Notes: generated by a model not told the origin, from the sequence alone. A DNA stretch of 64,000 nucleotides from an uncultured Acidimicrobiales bacterium (GCA_964451305.1 CAYVHV010000004.1:36417-100416); one strand, 5' to 3'; counted from the stretch's first letter, positions 9,863 through 20,383 are shown. Numbers and translations are program-made.

Positions 9863-11350
9863 ATGGCTAACAACTTCAACGTGCATGAGGTTCAACGTCT
9901 CGGTCGGCACGTCGGTGCGGTCCATCGGCCACGCACCATCGACGGCGCACTGCAGGCACTGCACCACGATCAAACCGCGCGGCCGCTCGCCGGAGGAACC
10001 GATCTCCTGCTCGATCTCGAGCGAGGTGGTCCGGGCACTGCAGTGAACGTTGTTGACCTGAGCGCAATCGAAGCTTTCACCGCAATAACCGACGACGGCG
10101 ACCATTTTCGGCTCGCCGGTGGGGTTCGCCACAACCAGATTGTGCAGCACGACGAGCTGCGTCGGTCAGCGCTGCCACTCGCACAAGCATGTCTTGAGGT
10201 TGGTTCACCCCAGCTTCGAAACCGGGCGACGATTGCTGGCAACCTCGTCACCGCAAGCCCAGCCAACGACACGATTTCAGCCCTGATGGCACTCAGAGCA
10301 TCCATCGAGATTTCGTGCTGGGGCGAGACGGGTGCCGAAACCCGCACCGTCGCTGTCGACGCGTTCTTCACGGGCTTGCGCCAGACGATCCTTCAACCCG
10401 CCGAACTCATCACCGCCATCGTGGTTCCAAAGCTGGCCTCAAACGAGCGAGCCATCTGGGTCAAGCTCGGACTTCGTCGAGCTCAGGCGATCAGCGTCGT
10501 TCACGCAGGCATCGTGGTTTCGTTCGCCGATGATCCCGAAGTCGGATCGCCAACCGAGTTCACGGTCACCGACGCTCGGCTCGCAATGGGCAGCGTTGCC
10601 CCAACGGTCGTGCTCGTCGGAGCGTTTCGGGACGCATTGGTCGGCGTAGAACTCAACGCCGACACGATCGCTGCCGCAGCACGTGCAGTGTCGAGCAGCG
10701 TTACGCCGATCACCGATGGTCGAGCCACGGCGGACTATCGCCACAGCGGAATCGAGGTTTTGATCAACCGGTCGCTCCTCGCTATTGCCGAAGGAGCCGA
10801 AGCTGCGATGTGGCCCGATGACCCACCAACACTTAGCTCCAAGGCAGGTCTCGAAAAGGCGGCGAACGCCCCGCAAGATGTCCTCGATGGTGACTCGCTC
10901 ATCACGATCGAGCTCAATGGGCAGACGAGTACCGCTCGCAACACTGGAGCGACACTTCTCGACCATGTACGCGAGACGGCGGGTGCCACCGGCATGAAAG
11001 AAGGTTGCGGCGAGGGTGAATGCGGTGCGTGCACGATGCTCGTCGATGGCTCTGCGGTCATGAGTTGTCTCGTGAGCGCAGCACAAGCCGATGGGGCCAC
11101 CGTCGTTACCGTCGAAGGGCTCGACCACCCAATCCAACGAGCATTCGTCGACGAGTTCGCGGTCCAGTGTGGATTCTGTATCCCAGGGTTCCTCGTCTCG
11201 GGAGCTCGACTACTCGATGAGGTCGACGACCCAACGAACGAGCAGATCAACCACGCATTCTCGGGCAACCTCTGCCGGTGTACCGGCTACTACCCGATCA
11301 TCGAAGCGGTGCACTCGGCAGCGGTCGAGATTCGAGGAACCCATGGCTGA
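9863..11350 (+). CDS. Xanthine-dehydrogenase-family FAD-binding subunit fused to C-terminal (2Fe-2S)2 domain
   Basis: LAGGTDL, QLRNRATIAGNLVTASPAND; C-terminal KEGCGEGECGAC, QCGFCIPG, NLCRCTGY. Confidence 0.9.
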   Translation: MANNFNVHEVQRLGRHVGAVHRPRTIDGALQALHHDQTARPLAGGTDLLLDLERGGPGTAVNVVDLSAIEAFTAITDDGDHFRLAGGVRHNQIVQHDELRRSALPLAQACLEVGSPQLRNRATIAGNLVTASPANDTISALMALRASIEISCWGETGAETRTVAVDAFFTGLRQTILQPAELITAIVVPKLASNERAIWVKLGLRRAQAISVVHAGIVVSFADDPEVGSPTEFTVTDARLAMGSVAPTVVLVGAFRDALVGVELNADTIAAAARAVSSSVTPITDGRATADYRHSGIEVLINRSLLAIAEGAEAAMWPDDPPTLSSKAGLEKAANAPQDVLDGDSLITIELNGQTSTARNTGATLLDHVRETAGATGMKEGCGEGECGACTMLVDGSAVMSCLVSAAQADGATVVTVEGLDHPIQRAFVDEFAVQCGFCIPGFLVSGARLLDEVDDPTNEQINHAFSGNLCRCTGYYPIIEAVHSAAVEIRGTHG

Positions 11351-13610
11351 GCCTGCTCACGCGGCGACCAGCGTCGGCGCATCTGCGCAACGCTGCGATG
11401 CGTTGGACAAAGTCACAGGATCCGCCGAATACGCAGGGGACCTCGTCCCAGAGAATGCACTCTTTGCACACATTGCCTTCTCGAATGAGCCCCACGCTCG
11501 AATGGTCGGAATGAACATCGATGCAGCGAAGGCGGCTCCAGGTGTCGTTGCTGTGTTGACCGCCGCCGATGTTCCCGTCAACGAGTATGGCCTCACGATG
11601 TTCGACCAGCCCGTGCTCGTTGGACTGGGCGACACCGGCCGCACCGCAGTCGATGCTGGAGTCAGCAGGTGGGAGGGCGACAAGGTTGCGATCGTCGTCG
11701 CCGAATCGCCGACCCAGGCTGCCGCTGCGGCTGCGCTCATCGAGATCTCGTGGCGTCAGCGTCCCGTGATCGAGAACATTGAACAAGCGGTCGACGATCA
11801 GATCGTGCTCCATCCCGAAGCGGGGTCCAACACGTACTTCGAGCTCAAGATCCGCAAGGGCGATATGGATGCCGGATGGGCCGAGGCAGATGTCGTCATC
11901 GAAGGCCTGTACGAGCTCCCGCACCAGGAACACGCGTACCTTCAACCCGAAGCGGCGACGTCATGGGTTGATGATGACGGCCGGATCACCGTCGAAACCG
12001 GTGGCCAGTGGGCGTGGGAGGACCAACAACAGGTTGCGCACGCCCTCGATGTCGACCCCGGTGAGGTTCGCATTATCTACGCCGCGATCGGAGGCGCATT
12101 CGGCGGAAAGGAGGACATGACCCTCCAGATCGTGATGGCGCTCGCGGCCAAACACCTCCACGAGCGCGGCATTCATCGTCCTATCCATTGTCGATGGAGC
12201 CGCGAAGAATCAATCATTGGTCATCACAAGCGGCATCGAGCAACGATCAAGGCGAAGCTCGGAGCAACGAACAGCGGACAGATCACCGCGGTTCACGCCG
12301 AGGTGCTGCTCGACGCCGGTGCATACAACTACACGTCGAACAAGGTGCTCGGTAATGCTCACCTGTCGGTTGCCGGTGCCTATGACGTTCCAAATGCGCA
12401 CATCGATAGCAAGGCGATCTATACCTCGACCGTGCCTGGAGGGGCCTTCCGCGGGTTTGGTGGCCCGCAAGGATCGTTCGTCGCCGAGACTCAGATGAAC
12501 AAACTCGCTGATGCGCTGGGCATGGATCCGGTGGAGCTCCGACGACGCAATGCGCTCGGCGACGGAAGCGTTGGCATCACACAAGCCATGATGCCCGATG
12601 GCGTCACGCTGCCCGATGTAATCGATGCATGTGCAGCGGAAGCGAACATGGATGGTGAGTTCATCTCCGAGGCAACCGGCTACAACCCCGTCGCATCGCT
12701 TCGGCCGTCCTCTGGAGCACTCAAGCGGGGGAGGGGATTCGCGAGCGGGTACAAGAACGTCGGATTCAGTTTCGGTTTCCCCGAACGCTGCGAAGCAGAA
12801 GTTCGCCTTTACGGCGAACCCGATGACGAAGAGCCGACATCGGCCGAGATTTTCCACGGCGGCGCCGAGGTTGGCCAAGGGGCACATCAAGCGTTCCGTC
12901 AGATGACGAGCGAAGCAACCGGCGTACCCCTCGGTTCGGTAACCGGGACGTTCTCCGATACCGCCACCACCGGAGACAGCGGTTCAGTGTCTGCTTCTCG
13001 CATGACCTTTATGGCCGGCAACTCGATTCTTGGTGCCGCCGAAGAAGCCGAGAAGGCATGGCGCGACGGTGAACGGCCAGCCATCGGTAACTTCAGGTAC
13101 ACCCCGCCGCCGACGGAGACGCTCGACCCGGAGACGGGTCGAGGCCAACCGAACTTCAGTTATGGCTACATGGCCCAAGCCGTGGAGGTGACCGTCGATG
13201 TCGAGACCGGACATGTTCGGGTCGACCGCGTCACCAGTACCCACGACGTTGGACGAGCGATTAACCCTCGACTCGTGAAAGGCCAGATCGAAGGTGCGGT
13301 CGTTCAGGCTCATGGCTACGTCCTGAGTGAGAACTTGCAGTTGGCGGGTGGGCGTATCACGAATCCCCGGCTGAGTAGTTACCTCATCCCCGGCATCGGC
13401 GATATCCCTGAGCATGTCGAGAGTGTGATCCTCGAGCTAGCGGATCCGCAGGGTCCCTGGGGTGCCCGAGGTATGGCGGAGATGCCATACATCACCTACG
13501 CCCCTGCCGTTATCGCAGCCGTTCATGACGCGACAGGCGTGTGGTTCGATGAGTTTCCACTGACGCCAAGCCGAGTCCTCGCGGGTCTTCAGGACGCGCT
13601 GTCGAGTTAG
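11343..13610 (+). CDS. Xanthine-dehydrogenase-family molybdopterin-binding subunit
   Basis: DKVTG, QEHAYLQPE, GGAFGGKE, GAFRGFGGPQ, GQIEGAVVQ, GARGMAE; start overlaps upstream stop. Confidence 0.92.
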   Translation: MAEPAHAATSVGASAQRCDALDKVTGSAEYAGDLVPENALFAHIAFSNEPHARMVGMNIDAAKAAPGVVAVLTAADVPVNEYGLTMFDQPVLVGLGDTGRTAVDAGVSRWEGDKVAIVVAESPTQAAAAAALIEISWRQRPVIENIEQAVDDQIVLHPEAGSNTYFELKIRKGDMDAGWAEADVVIEGLYELPHQEHAYLQPEAATSWVDDDGRITVETGGQWAWEDQQQVAHALDVDPGEVRIIYAAIGGAFGGKEDMTLQIVMALAAKHLHERGIHRPIHCRWSREESIIGHHKRHRATIKAKLGATNSGQITAVHAEVLLDAGAYNYTSNKVLGNAHLSVAGAYDVPNAHIDSKAIYTSTVPGGAFRGFGGPQGSFVAETQMNKLADALGMDPVELRRRNALGDGSVGITQAMMPDGVTLPDVIDACAAEANMDGEFISEATGYNPVASLRPSSGALKRGRGFASGYKNVGFSFGFPERCEAEVRLYGEPDDEEPTSAEIFHGGAEVGQGAHQAFRQMTSEATGVPLGSVTGTFSDTATTGDSGSVSASRMTFMAGNSILGAAEEAEKAWRDGERPAIGNFRYTPPPTETLDPETGRGQPNFSYGYMAQAVEVTVDVETGHVRVDRVTSTHDVGRAINPRLVKGQIEGAVVQAHGYVLSENLQLAGGRITNPRLSSYLIPGIGDIPEHVESVILELADPQGPWGARGMAEMPYITYAPAVIAAVHDATGVWFDEFPLTPSRVLAGLQDALSS

Positions 13611-14596
13611 CCGGAGATCGTTACCGGGGCTCCGAGGGGCACGTTCTGCGCAAGGAACTCGCTGACGCTGTTCGGCACTCGCAGACACCCATTGGAGATC
13701 GCATGGCCGAGCTGATCGTCGGGGGAGTTGGTGCCGTGGATAGCGATGACCGGGAGTCCTCCGCTAAACGTGTCGAGCGCTTCGGAGAAGCCGGAGAGAA
13801 CAAGCGCATGGGTTCCGAGGAACGAATGTGATGCTGGGTTCTCGCGTGCCGCAACGACATAGAACGTCCCCAATGGGGTCGGCGTTGACGGGCTTCCGAT
13901 GGCGGCCTGCGTCTCGGCGATGAGAACATCATCGTCAAAGACACGGACCGACGTCGTGGTGAGGTTCACCTCGGCATGAATGGTGGTGGTGCTCATGGTG
14001 TAGCTCTCGGTCGGAATCCATGCCTCTTGGCCGTTGGGTCGCACCGGCAGCGCAACCTTGACCCAATCGTCGGTGAGCGCTCCTTCGGTTACCCGCAGGG
14101 TGAGCGGACCGCCGAACTGGTGAGGGTTCGGGACAGCGAACGGGAGCGGAACGATGTTCCCTTCCGGGCTGTCGTAGGCGACGAGGAAGGGCGTGTCATC
14201 CCTCGCCGTTGCGATAAGCGACTCGTTCGGGCCGAGCGGTGGCGCCTCTGTCGTCGTGATCGATGGAATCGTTGAGGTGGTCGTCGTCGTTGGGGGAGTT
14301 GAGGTCGAGGTGGTGCTGCTTGACGTGGTGGTGGTCAGTGGGGCCGACAATTCCGTTGCCGACACGGTCGGGGCGACCACCTGACGAGACGTTGCGGGGA
14401 GCGAGACAGCTACGGGTTGGGCAGTCGGCACAAGGTTTGTGCTCGTCGTAGGGATCGCGAGTGCAGGCGAGGACACGATTTCAAGAGTGCGATCGGAGCT
14501 AAGCACCTGGCCTTGGACCGGTTCGAATTGCGCATAGCCGACAGCAACGAGTGCTAGAAGCACCGCAAATACTGTCAGAATTCGTTCAACTCGCAC
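13607..14596 (-). CDS. L,D-transpeptidase (YkuD) family protein
   Basis: Signal peptide, Thr-rich linker, LPVRPNG, TPTPLGTF, IAIHG...SNGCLRV. Confidence 0.88.
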   Translation of the reverse strand: MRVERILTVFAVLLALVAVGYAQFEPVQGQVLSSDRTLEIVSSPALAIPTTSTNLVPTAQPVAVSLPATSRQVVAPTVSATELSAPLTTTTSSSTTSTSTPPTTTTTSTIPSITTTEAPPLGPNESLIATARDDTPFLVAYDSPEGNIVPLPFAVPNPHQFGGPLTLRVTEGALTDDWVKVALPVRPNGQEAWIPTESYTMSTTTIHAEVNLTTTSVRVFDDDVLIAETQAAIGSPSTPTPLGTFYVVAARENPASHSFLGTHALVLSGFSEALDTFSGGLPVIAIHGTNSPDDQLGHAISNGCLRVPNSVSEFLAQNVPLGAPVTISG

Positions 14597-14663
14597 GTTT
14601 GCGATCCTACTCGTGAGCGCTTGGCCACGTCGATTGGGGCGGCGACCCGACCAGTGGAGTGGC

Positions 14664-15635
14664 CTAGCGCTCTTCCCGTCGGTATGCCAGGCCGATGGCG
14701 GCGGGGGCGATGCTCGGCCGGTTCCGGGAACGTACCGAAAGAGCGATCAACACGATCACCGTCAAGACGTACGGAAGCATGCTGACCAGCGTCGGATCGA
14801 TCTCGAAGTTCAAGCAGGCAATGTCCTCGCCTTCTTGGCAACGGAACGTTTGAAGCCGAGGTCCAAGAGCAATCAATCCTCCAAAGAGAAGTGACCCAAA
14901 GAGCACCCTGCCGGGCTTCCATGCACCGAAGATCACGAGGGCGACGGCAATCCAACCAAGTCCGCCGGTTGCGCCCTCGCTCCAACCTGGCGCCAGAACC
15001 AAACTGAGATATGTCCCAGCCGCACCAGCGAACCCGCCACCGACCGCAACTGCGGTGAGCCGTGTCGCGACGACTCGCGTGCCAGCGGCGTCGGCGGTTG
15101 CTGCACTTTCGCCGACCGCTCGCAGCGAGAGGCCCATCCGAGTTCTACTGAGCACGAACCATGTGACGATCCCCATGAGCAGCGCGAGCCAACTCAGCGC
15201 GTCGATAGAGAAGACCGTTTCGCCGATCCACGGGATATCGCTCAACGGTCCGAGGTTTAATGACTCAAACCGTGCGGTGGATAGCACCGTCGTGAGCGCA
15301 AGGCTCTGTCCGAAGAAGGCAGCAAGGCCCAAGCCGAGAATTGTTAGCGCGAGGCCACTGACGACCTGATCGGCTCCGATGACCACCGACGCCAGCCCAT
15401 GGATCATCGAGAAGGCTGCGGTAACGCCGATCGCAAAGAGTAGGGCCAGCCATGGGTTGCCCGTTTCTGCACCGATCCAGAACGACGCCATCGTGCCGAC
15501 GGCCATCATGCCCTCAACTCCAAGGTTGAGGACGCCGGCCTTTTCGGCAATGGTCTCGCCGAGGGCCGCAAGGTACAGCAGCGTGCCGAACTCGAGAACC
15601 GACACGATAAGCCCAACGATGGTCGCTTGGGTCAT
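14664..15635 (-). CDS. Nucleoside-type ABC transporter permease
   Basis: EKAGVLNLGVEGMM, GLSLRAVGESAATADAAG, GLGWIAVALV, MLPY. Confidence 0.92.
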   Translation of the reverse strand: MTQATIVGLIVSVLEFGTLLYLAALGETIAEKAGVLNLGVEGMMAVGTMASFWIGAETGNPWLALLFAIGVTAAFSMIHGLASVVIGADQVVSGLALTILGLGLAAFFGQSLALTTVLSTARFESLNLGPLSDIPWIGETVFSIDALSWLALLMGIVTWFVLSRTRMGLSLRAVGESAATADAAGTRVVATRLTAVAVGGGFAGAAGTYLSLVLAPGWSEGATGGLGWIAVALVIFGAWKPGRVLFGSLLFGGLIALGPRLQTFRCQEGEDIACLNFEIDPTLVSMLPYVLTVIVLIALSVRSRNRPSIAPAAIGLAYRREER

Positions 15636-16753
15636 GGCGTTGACTCCGCGGTAGGCGTGCTAGACGCCGCCGGCGAGTCGGCGTCGTCCGCGGTGCTCGC
15701 GCCGCTACCGCCCCGGGTAACTTCGTACGCCGTAAACACCGCCGCAGCGAGTGCACCCATAAGGACGAGCGCTTGAATGATCTCGCTAATCGAATCTGAG
15801 ACGCCCTGGGTTTGGATCGCTGTTCCGCCGACTCGCAACGCACCAAAGGCAACAGCCACGAGCGCGACCCCAGATGGCCTCATCAGCGCGAGCGCTGCAA
15901 CGATGATCCCAGCGAAGCCCCAACCTTCGGCGATGCCTTCGACGATTCGATCTGACGAATTCAAACGAATTCCGCCAGCGAGCCCGGCGATTGCGCCAGA
16001 CAGGATCAGCACGGTCATGATCTTGGTCTTCAGCGAGATGCCGACGTATTCGGCAGCTTGTGCCGAAGATCCAGCGACTCTGAGTTCAAAACCCCACTTG
16101 CTCCGCGATGCGAACACACCAAAGACCAAGAGCACGATGGCTGCGATGATCACGCCGATATTTGCACGACTGAACAAGGTGGGCAGGGCCGCTTGGTCCG
16201 GGAGGACCGGAGCCACGGGGAAGCCAACCGCTGTCGGATCCTGCCACGGGCCGTTGACGAGGTAGCGGACGAGTCGAAGTGCAATCTCATTGAGCATGAG
16301 CGTCGTGATGATCTCGTTCACGCCGAGATGTGCCTTTGCAAGCGCTGGGCCGAGCGCGAGCAGCGCACCACCGATGATGGCTGCGCCGAGCATGATGACG
16401 ATCAACAACGGGCCGGGGAGATCCGGACCGAGGCGCGCAATCCACGTGCCAGCGATCGCCCCGGCGATGATCTGACCTTCGGCCCCGATGTTCCACAGGC
16501 CCATCGACCCGGCGACCGCCACGGCGAGGCCGGCGAGACCAAGCGGCACTGCTTGGGTCAGGGTGTTGGAGATCCCCTGGGTGCTACCAAAGGCCGAGTC
16601 GGCCATCTCGACGTAGATCTCGAGCGGGGAGAATCCCGTCGCGATGAGCAGGATCGCTCCGGCGAGCAACGCAACGGTAAGCCCAGCCATGAACGCAACG
16701 AGCTGACCGCCCGGAAGTGGCTTCTCTCTGCGGGCGAGACGGTAACCAAACAT
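15632..16753 (-). CDS. Nucleoside-type ABC transporter permease
   Basis: WNIGAEGQ, VNEIITTLMLN, GFELRVAG, GWGFAGIIVA. Confidence 0.92.
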   Translation of the reverse strand: MFGYRLARREKPLPGGQLVAFMAGLTVALLAGAILLIATGFSPLEIYVEMADSAFGSTQGISNTLTQAVPLGLAGLAVAVAGSMGLWNIGAEGQIIAGAIAGTWIARLGPDLPGPLLIVIMLGAAIIGGALLALGPALAKAHLGVNEIITTLMLNEIALRLVRYLVNGPWQDPTAVGFPVAPVLPDQAALPTLFSRANIGVIIAAIVLLVFGVFASRSKWGFELRVAGSSAQAAEYVGISLKTKIMTVLILSGAIAGLAGGIRLNSSDRIVEGIAEGWGFAGIIVAALALMRPSGVALVAVAFGALRVGGTAIQTQGVSDSISEIIQALVLMGALAAAVFTAYEVTRGGSGASTADDADSPAASSTPTAESTP

Positions 16754-18244
16754 TCAGGCTCCAGTCATTGCAGCACCGACCGCCTGGCGGGTTGCGGTAT
16801 CGGGGTCGAAGACATCGGCGATCGTGCCCTCGTGCATGACGAGGAGCCGATCGCTCAGGGCGAAGAGTTCCTCGAGGTCTTCACTGATGAGCAAAATTCC
16901 AACGCCAGCGGCTGCCTGTTCTACGAGGATGTTCTGGATAGCCGCGACGCCTTGCACATCGAGCCCTCGCGTTGGTTGCGCGGCGATTAAAACGGTCGGG
17001 GCGCCGTCGAGTTCGCGACCCACGAGTAGCCGCTGCAGGTTGCCGCCGGACAACCCGGCGAGCGGAGCATCAATCTTGCCGACCTTGATCTGGTATTTCT
17101 CGATCAGGTTCTCGGCCTGTTCTGCCGCTGCCTTGCGATCGACGAATGACCCGCTACCCAACGACTTGTAATTTCGCATCATCGCGTTCTCGACGGCATC
17201 CATCCGAGGTGCGAGTCCCACACCGAGCCGGTCTTCTGGAACATACGCAAGCCCGGCAGCATTTCGATCACCAGCGCTCAAGCTGGTCACGTCCGTGCCA
17301 GCAACTGTTACCTCGCCAGTGTCGAGTGGGGCCAGCCCGGCTAGAGCGTCGGCGAGCGGGCGTTGTCCGTTTCCTGCGACGCCCGCAATGCCCACGATCT
17401 CGCCTTCGGCCACGTCTAAGGAGACGCCATTGACAACAGCCCGACCGTGGACATCGACGACCTTGGCGTTACTGACCGACAACGCAGTGCTTCCGACCTC
17501 GGTGGTACGAACTCTGCGTTGAGACACGGCGGTTGCTTCTCCGACCATGAGTTCGGCCATGCGGCCAGCGTCGAGGTCGGTCACCGGCAGCGACGAGGCA
17601 ACGGTTCGTCCTCCTCGCAAGATGGTTGCTTCGTCGCAGAAAGCCTTCACTTCATCGAGCTTGTGGCTGATGAAGATGATGCTCCGCCCCTCGCTCGCCA
17701 TCGTCTTGGTGATCCGGCCGAGTTCTTGGGCTTCGGCCGGGGTAAGCACGGCGGTAGGTTCGTCGAGAATGAGGACGTTGGCATCGCGCCAGAGGGCCTT
17801 GAGGATCTCAACACGTTGGCGTTCGCCCATCGACAGCTGCCAAATCTGACGGCCTGGTTCGGTGGCAAGGCCGAATCGCTCCGCGAGCTCGGCGACCTGC
17901 TTTTCGATCGACCCTTTCGCGAGGATCTTCGGTGCGGCGCCGAGTGCAACGTTCTCGGCCACAGTAAACGTCGGGATCAGCCGGAACTCTTGATAGACCA
18001 TGCCGACACCGGCGGCGATTGCTGCTGCAGGGCTCGAGAACTGGTGCTCGACACCGTCGAGACGGACGGTGCCCTCGTCGGGAGCGTATACGCCGGCGAG
18101 CACGTTCATCAGGGTGGTCTTGCCCGCGCCGTTCTCGCCGAGAACAGCATGAACGGTGCCAGAGCGAACCGACAGAGACGCGCCTGCGTTTGCGATCACG
18201 CCTGGGAACCGTTTCCAGATTCCCTCAAGATCTACAGCGGTCAC
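16754..18244 (-). CDS. ABC transporter ATP-binding protein with two ABC domains
   Basis: GENGAGKT, LSMGERQRVEI, ILDEPT, LSGGNLQR, QPTRGLD. Confidence 0.95.
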   Translation of the reverse strand: MTAVDLEGIWKRFPGVIANAGASLSVRSGTVHAVLGENGAGKTTLMNVLAGVYAPDEGTVRLDGVEHQFSSPAAAIAAGVGMVYQEFRLIPTFTVAENVALGAAPKILAKGSIEKQVAELAERFGLATEPGRQIWQLSMGERQRVEILKALWRDANVLILDEPTAVLTPAEAQELGRITKTMASEGRSIIFISHKLDEVKAFCDEATILRGGRTVASSLPVTDLDAGRMAELMVGEATAVSQRRVRTTEVGSTALSVSNAKVVDVHGRAVVNGVSLDVAEGEIVGIAGVAGNGQRPLADALAGLAPLDTGEVTVAGTDVTSLSAGDRNAAGLAYVPEDRLGVGLAPRMDAVENAMMRNYKSLGSGSFVDRKAAAEQAENLIEKYQIKVGKIDAPLAGLSGGNLQRLLVGRELDGAPTVLIAAQPTRGLDVQGVAAIQNILVEQAAAGVGILLISEDLEELFALSDRLLVMHEGTIADVFDPDTATRQAVGAAMTGA

Positions 18245-18269
18245 TTCTCTCCTCGCCGGAATGCGAACA

Positions 18270-18300
18270 GGGCCGCCTTTACGAATTGTAAAGGCGGCCC
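18270..18300 (-). terminator. Intercistronic 13-bp hairpin after the BMP gene (partial terminator or mRNA stabiliser)
   Basis: GGGCCGCCTTTAC-gaatt-GTAAAGGCGGCCC perfect inverted repeat. Confidence 0.6.
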
Positions 18301-18348
18301 CGAAGCTATTGCGGATTTCTCGATTTGGCTAACCAGAATTGGTCGCTG

Positions 18349-19554
18349 TTAGCCGATCTCTCCAATGACGTTGTCGACGAAGAAGTTCATGGTGAGCAGG
18401 ACACCATCGTGGATCTCATCGCCCTCGGCAGCGACGACCACGTCAGGTGCGAACGGGTCGGTGAGTTCGGTCTGAACAACGCCGTCGGAGATGATGACGC
18501 TGCCGTCCTGGGCAACGATGTCGCCCTGGTCAAATACGTCAAACTCGCCAGCGAGGATCGAATCCTTCACGGTCTGCATCTCGGCTGCGACTGGCGAAGA
18601 TTCTGGGATCTCGATGTCGACGACACCATCGGCCATGCCACCCCACCACGCTTCTGGTGTGTAGGTGCCAGCTTCTACTGCCTCGATGATCTCGGTGTAG
18701 CGAGGGGTCCAATCCCAAACCGGAGCGGTGAGATATGCGTCGACCTGAGCGCTCATGTCACTGTGGTATCCAATGAACGTACCGCCAGCCTCAGAGATGG
18801 CCAGACCTGTGGCGGTCGAGTCCTGGTGCATGGACAAGACGTCGGCACCGGAATCGATCAGTGCTTGAGCAGCTACAGTTTCTTCGGGGATACCGAACCA
18901 TGTGCTGGTCCAGTTGACCTCGACGACGGCGTCTGGGTTGACCGCTTGGACACCGAGCGCAAAGGCGTTGATGCCACGGATGACCTCAGGGATTGGGAAG
19001 GCAGCGACGTAGCCGATCGTGTCGGACTCGGTGGCTGCTCCTGCGGCCATTCCGGCGATATACCGAGGCTGGTACATGCGACCGAACGTGTTGCCCATGT
19101 TGGTGTCGTTCATCAAGAAGCCGGAGATGTGCTCGAAGGTCACGTCCGGGTTTTCGTTGGCGAAGTTGAGCGTTGCGTCCTGGTAACCGAACGAGGTTGC
19201 GAAGATCATGTTGAAGCCGTCGTCGATGAAGTTCTGGACGGCCTCGTCGAACTCTGCGCCACCCTCGGGGACGTTCTCGACGAACGCCGTTTCAACGCCG
19301 GTTGCAGCTTCTGCGCCCTGTCGGCCGAGGTCGTGCTGGAAGTTCCAGCCAGCGTCGCCGACCGGTGCAACCATGACGAAAGCAGCTCGAACTTCGCTAT
19401 CTTCGCCTCCACCCTCGGTTGCTTCATCGGTCTCGGTTGAAGCATCTGCATCGTCGGTCGTCTCCGTTGCGGTCTCTGCGGTGCTTCCGCAGGCCGCTGC
19501 GATGAGCGCCAGGGTTGTGAGAAGCGCGAGGAGCGCCTTTCTCGTGAATTTCAT
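18349..19554 (-). CDS. BMP-family nucleoside-binding lipoprotein
   Basis: Lipobox IAAAC, PVGDAGWN, IFATSFGY, PEVIRGINAF, QDST; GGAGG RBS before ATG 19554. Confidence 0.93.
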   Translation of the reverse strand: MKFTRKALLALLTTLALIAAACGSTAETATETTDDADASTETDEATEGGGEDSEVRAAFVMVAPVGDAGWNFQHDLGRQGAEAATGVETAFVENVPEGGAEFDEAVQNFIDDGFNMIFATSFGYQDATLNFANENPDVTFEHISGFLMNDTNMGNTFGRMYQPRYIAGMAAGAATESDTIGYVAAFPIPEVIRGINAFALGVQAVNPDAVVEVNWTSTWFGIPEETVAAQALIDSGADVLSMHQDSTATGLAISEAGGTFIGYHSDMSAQVDAYLTAPVWDWTPRYTEIIEAVEAGTYTPEAWWGGMADGVVDIEIPESSPVAAEMQTVKDSILAGEFDVFDQGDIVAQDGSVIISDGVVQTELTDPFAPDVVVAAEGDEIHDGVLLTMNFFVDNVIGEIG

Positions 19555-19708
19555 GTGATTACCCCTCCAGGTGAGATCAGGACATCGTTTTAGTCGCGTC
19601 GAGACGCGATCTGCCACGTGGGAACACAGCCGAAACAAATGGCGTGGTCGTCGTCACACACCGCGGCCGCGTGTGGTGATCGCGCATGCGCTGAGAGGGA
19701 GTTTCTTC

Positions 19709-20305
19709 CTAGATGTCGAGCTCGGAGAGGTCGATGGAACGTGGATGAGCAGCCGTGGTGAGGTTTACCTCGACCGAGTGTGTTCCAAGGTCGATCACTG
19801 GACGTTCCGGGAGGTCGAAGGTGCCGAGTTCGATCGTGAGACCGGACTGAGCAGCTCGAACGGGCAGGCTGTCGACCAACTCGACGAGTTCAGCGAAGGT
19901 TTCAGGACGTTGCTCACACCAGTAGGCGTCGCTCAGCGAATGAGGCCGAGGCGTTCGAACACCAGCAGGTGCCAATGCCAAGACCGGGATCTGCCAAAGC
20001 GACTTGTGCATCTGCAACTGTCCGAGCGTGCGACGCCCGTCGTTGTCCAGGTTGAGCAAGATCAGATCGGGAAGTCCTCCGAACTCGAGCCGCTGGTGCA
20101 AGACGATCAGTAGGTCAGCGCCCCGATCAACGAACGTGTACTCGATGGCGAAGTTGCATTCTTCGGCGGCAAGGACCAGCAGCAACTGCTGGTTGAGGTC
20201 GTCATCGCAGACAAAGACCTGAAGCGTTGCGCCGGAACCTGTTGCGACGTCGGCCCCGGACGGCTTCATCGACGCCGTTTGCGGAATTCGTACCGTTCTC
20301 GTCAT
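19709..20305 (-). CDS. Atypical (pseudo) response-regulator receiver protein
   Basis: VFVCDDD, PDLILLN (Asp to Asn), IPVLALA, RP in place of KP; GGAGG RBS. Confidence 0.7.
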   Translation of the reverse strand: MTRTVRIPQTASMKPSGADVATGSGATLQVFVCDDDLNQQLLLVLAAEECNFAIEYTFVDRGADLLIVLHQRLEFGGLPDLILLNLDNDGRRTLGQLQMHKSLWQIPVLALAPAGVRTPRPHSLSDAYWCEQRPETFAELVELVDSLPVRAAQSGLTIELGTFDLPERPVIDLGTHSVEVNLTTAAHPRSIDLSELDI

Positions 20306-20356
20306 CGGGACCTCCAGGGTCGATCTAGCCGCTAAAGAAATGTTCCAATACTGACT

Positions 20357-20383
20357 TGATCGGTCTTTTGGCCCATTTCTTTA
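20357..20383 (-). promoter_or_regulatory. Sigma28-like promoter inside a 12-bp inverted repeat
   Basis: TAAA-N15-ACCGATCA on minus strand; repeat GCTAAAGAAATG (20331-20342) / CATTTCTTTAGC (20374-20385). Confidence 0.45.
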
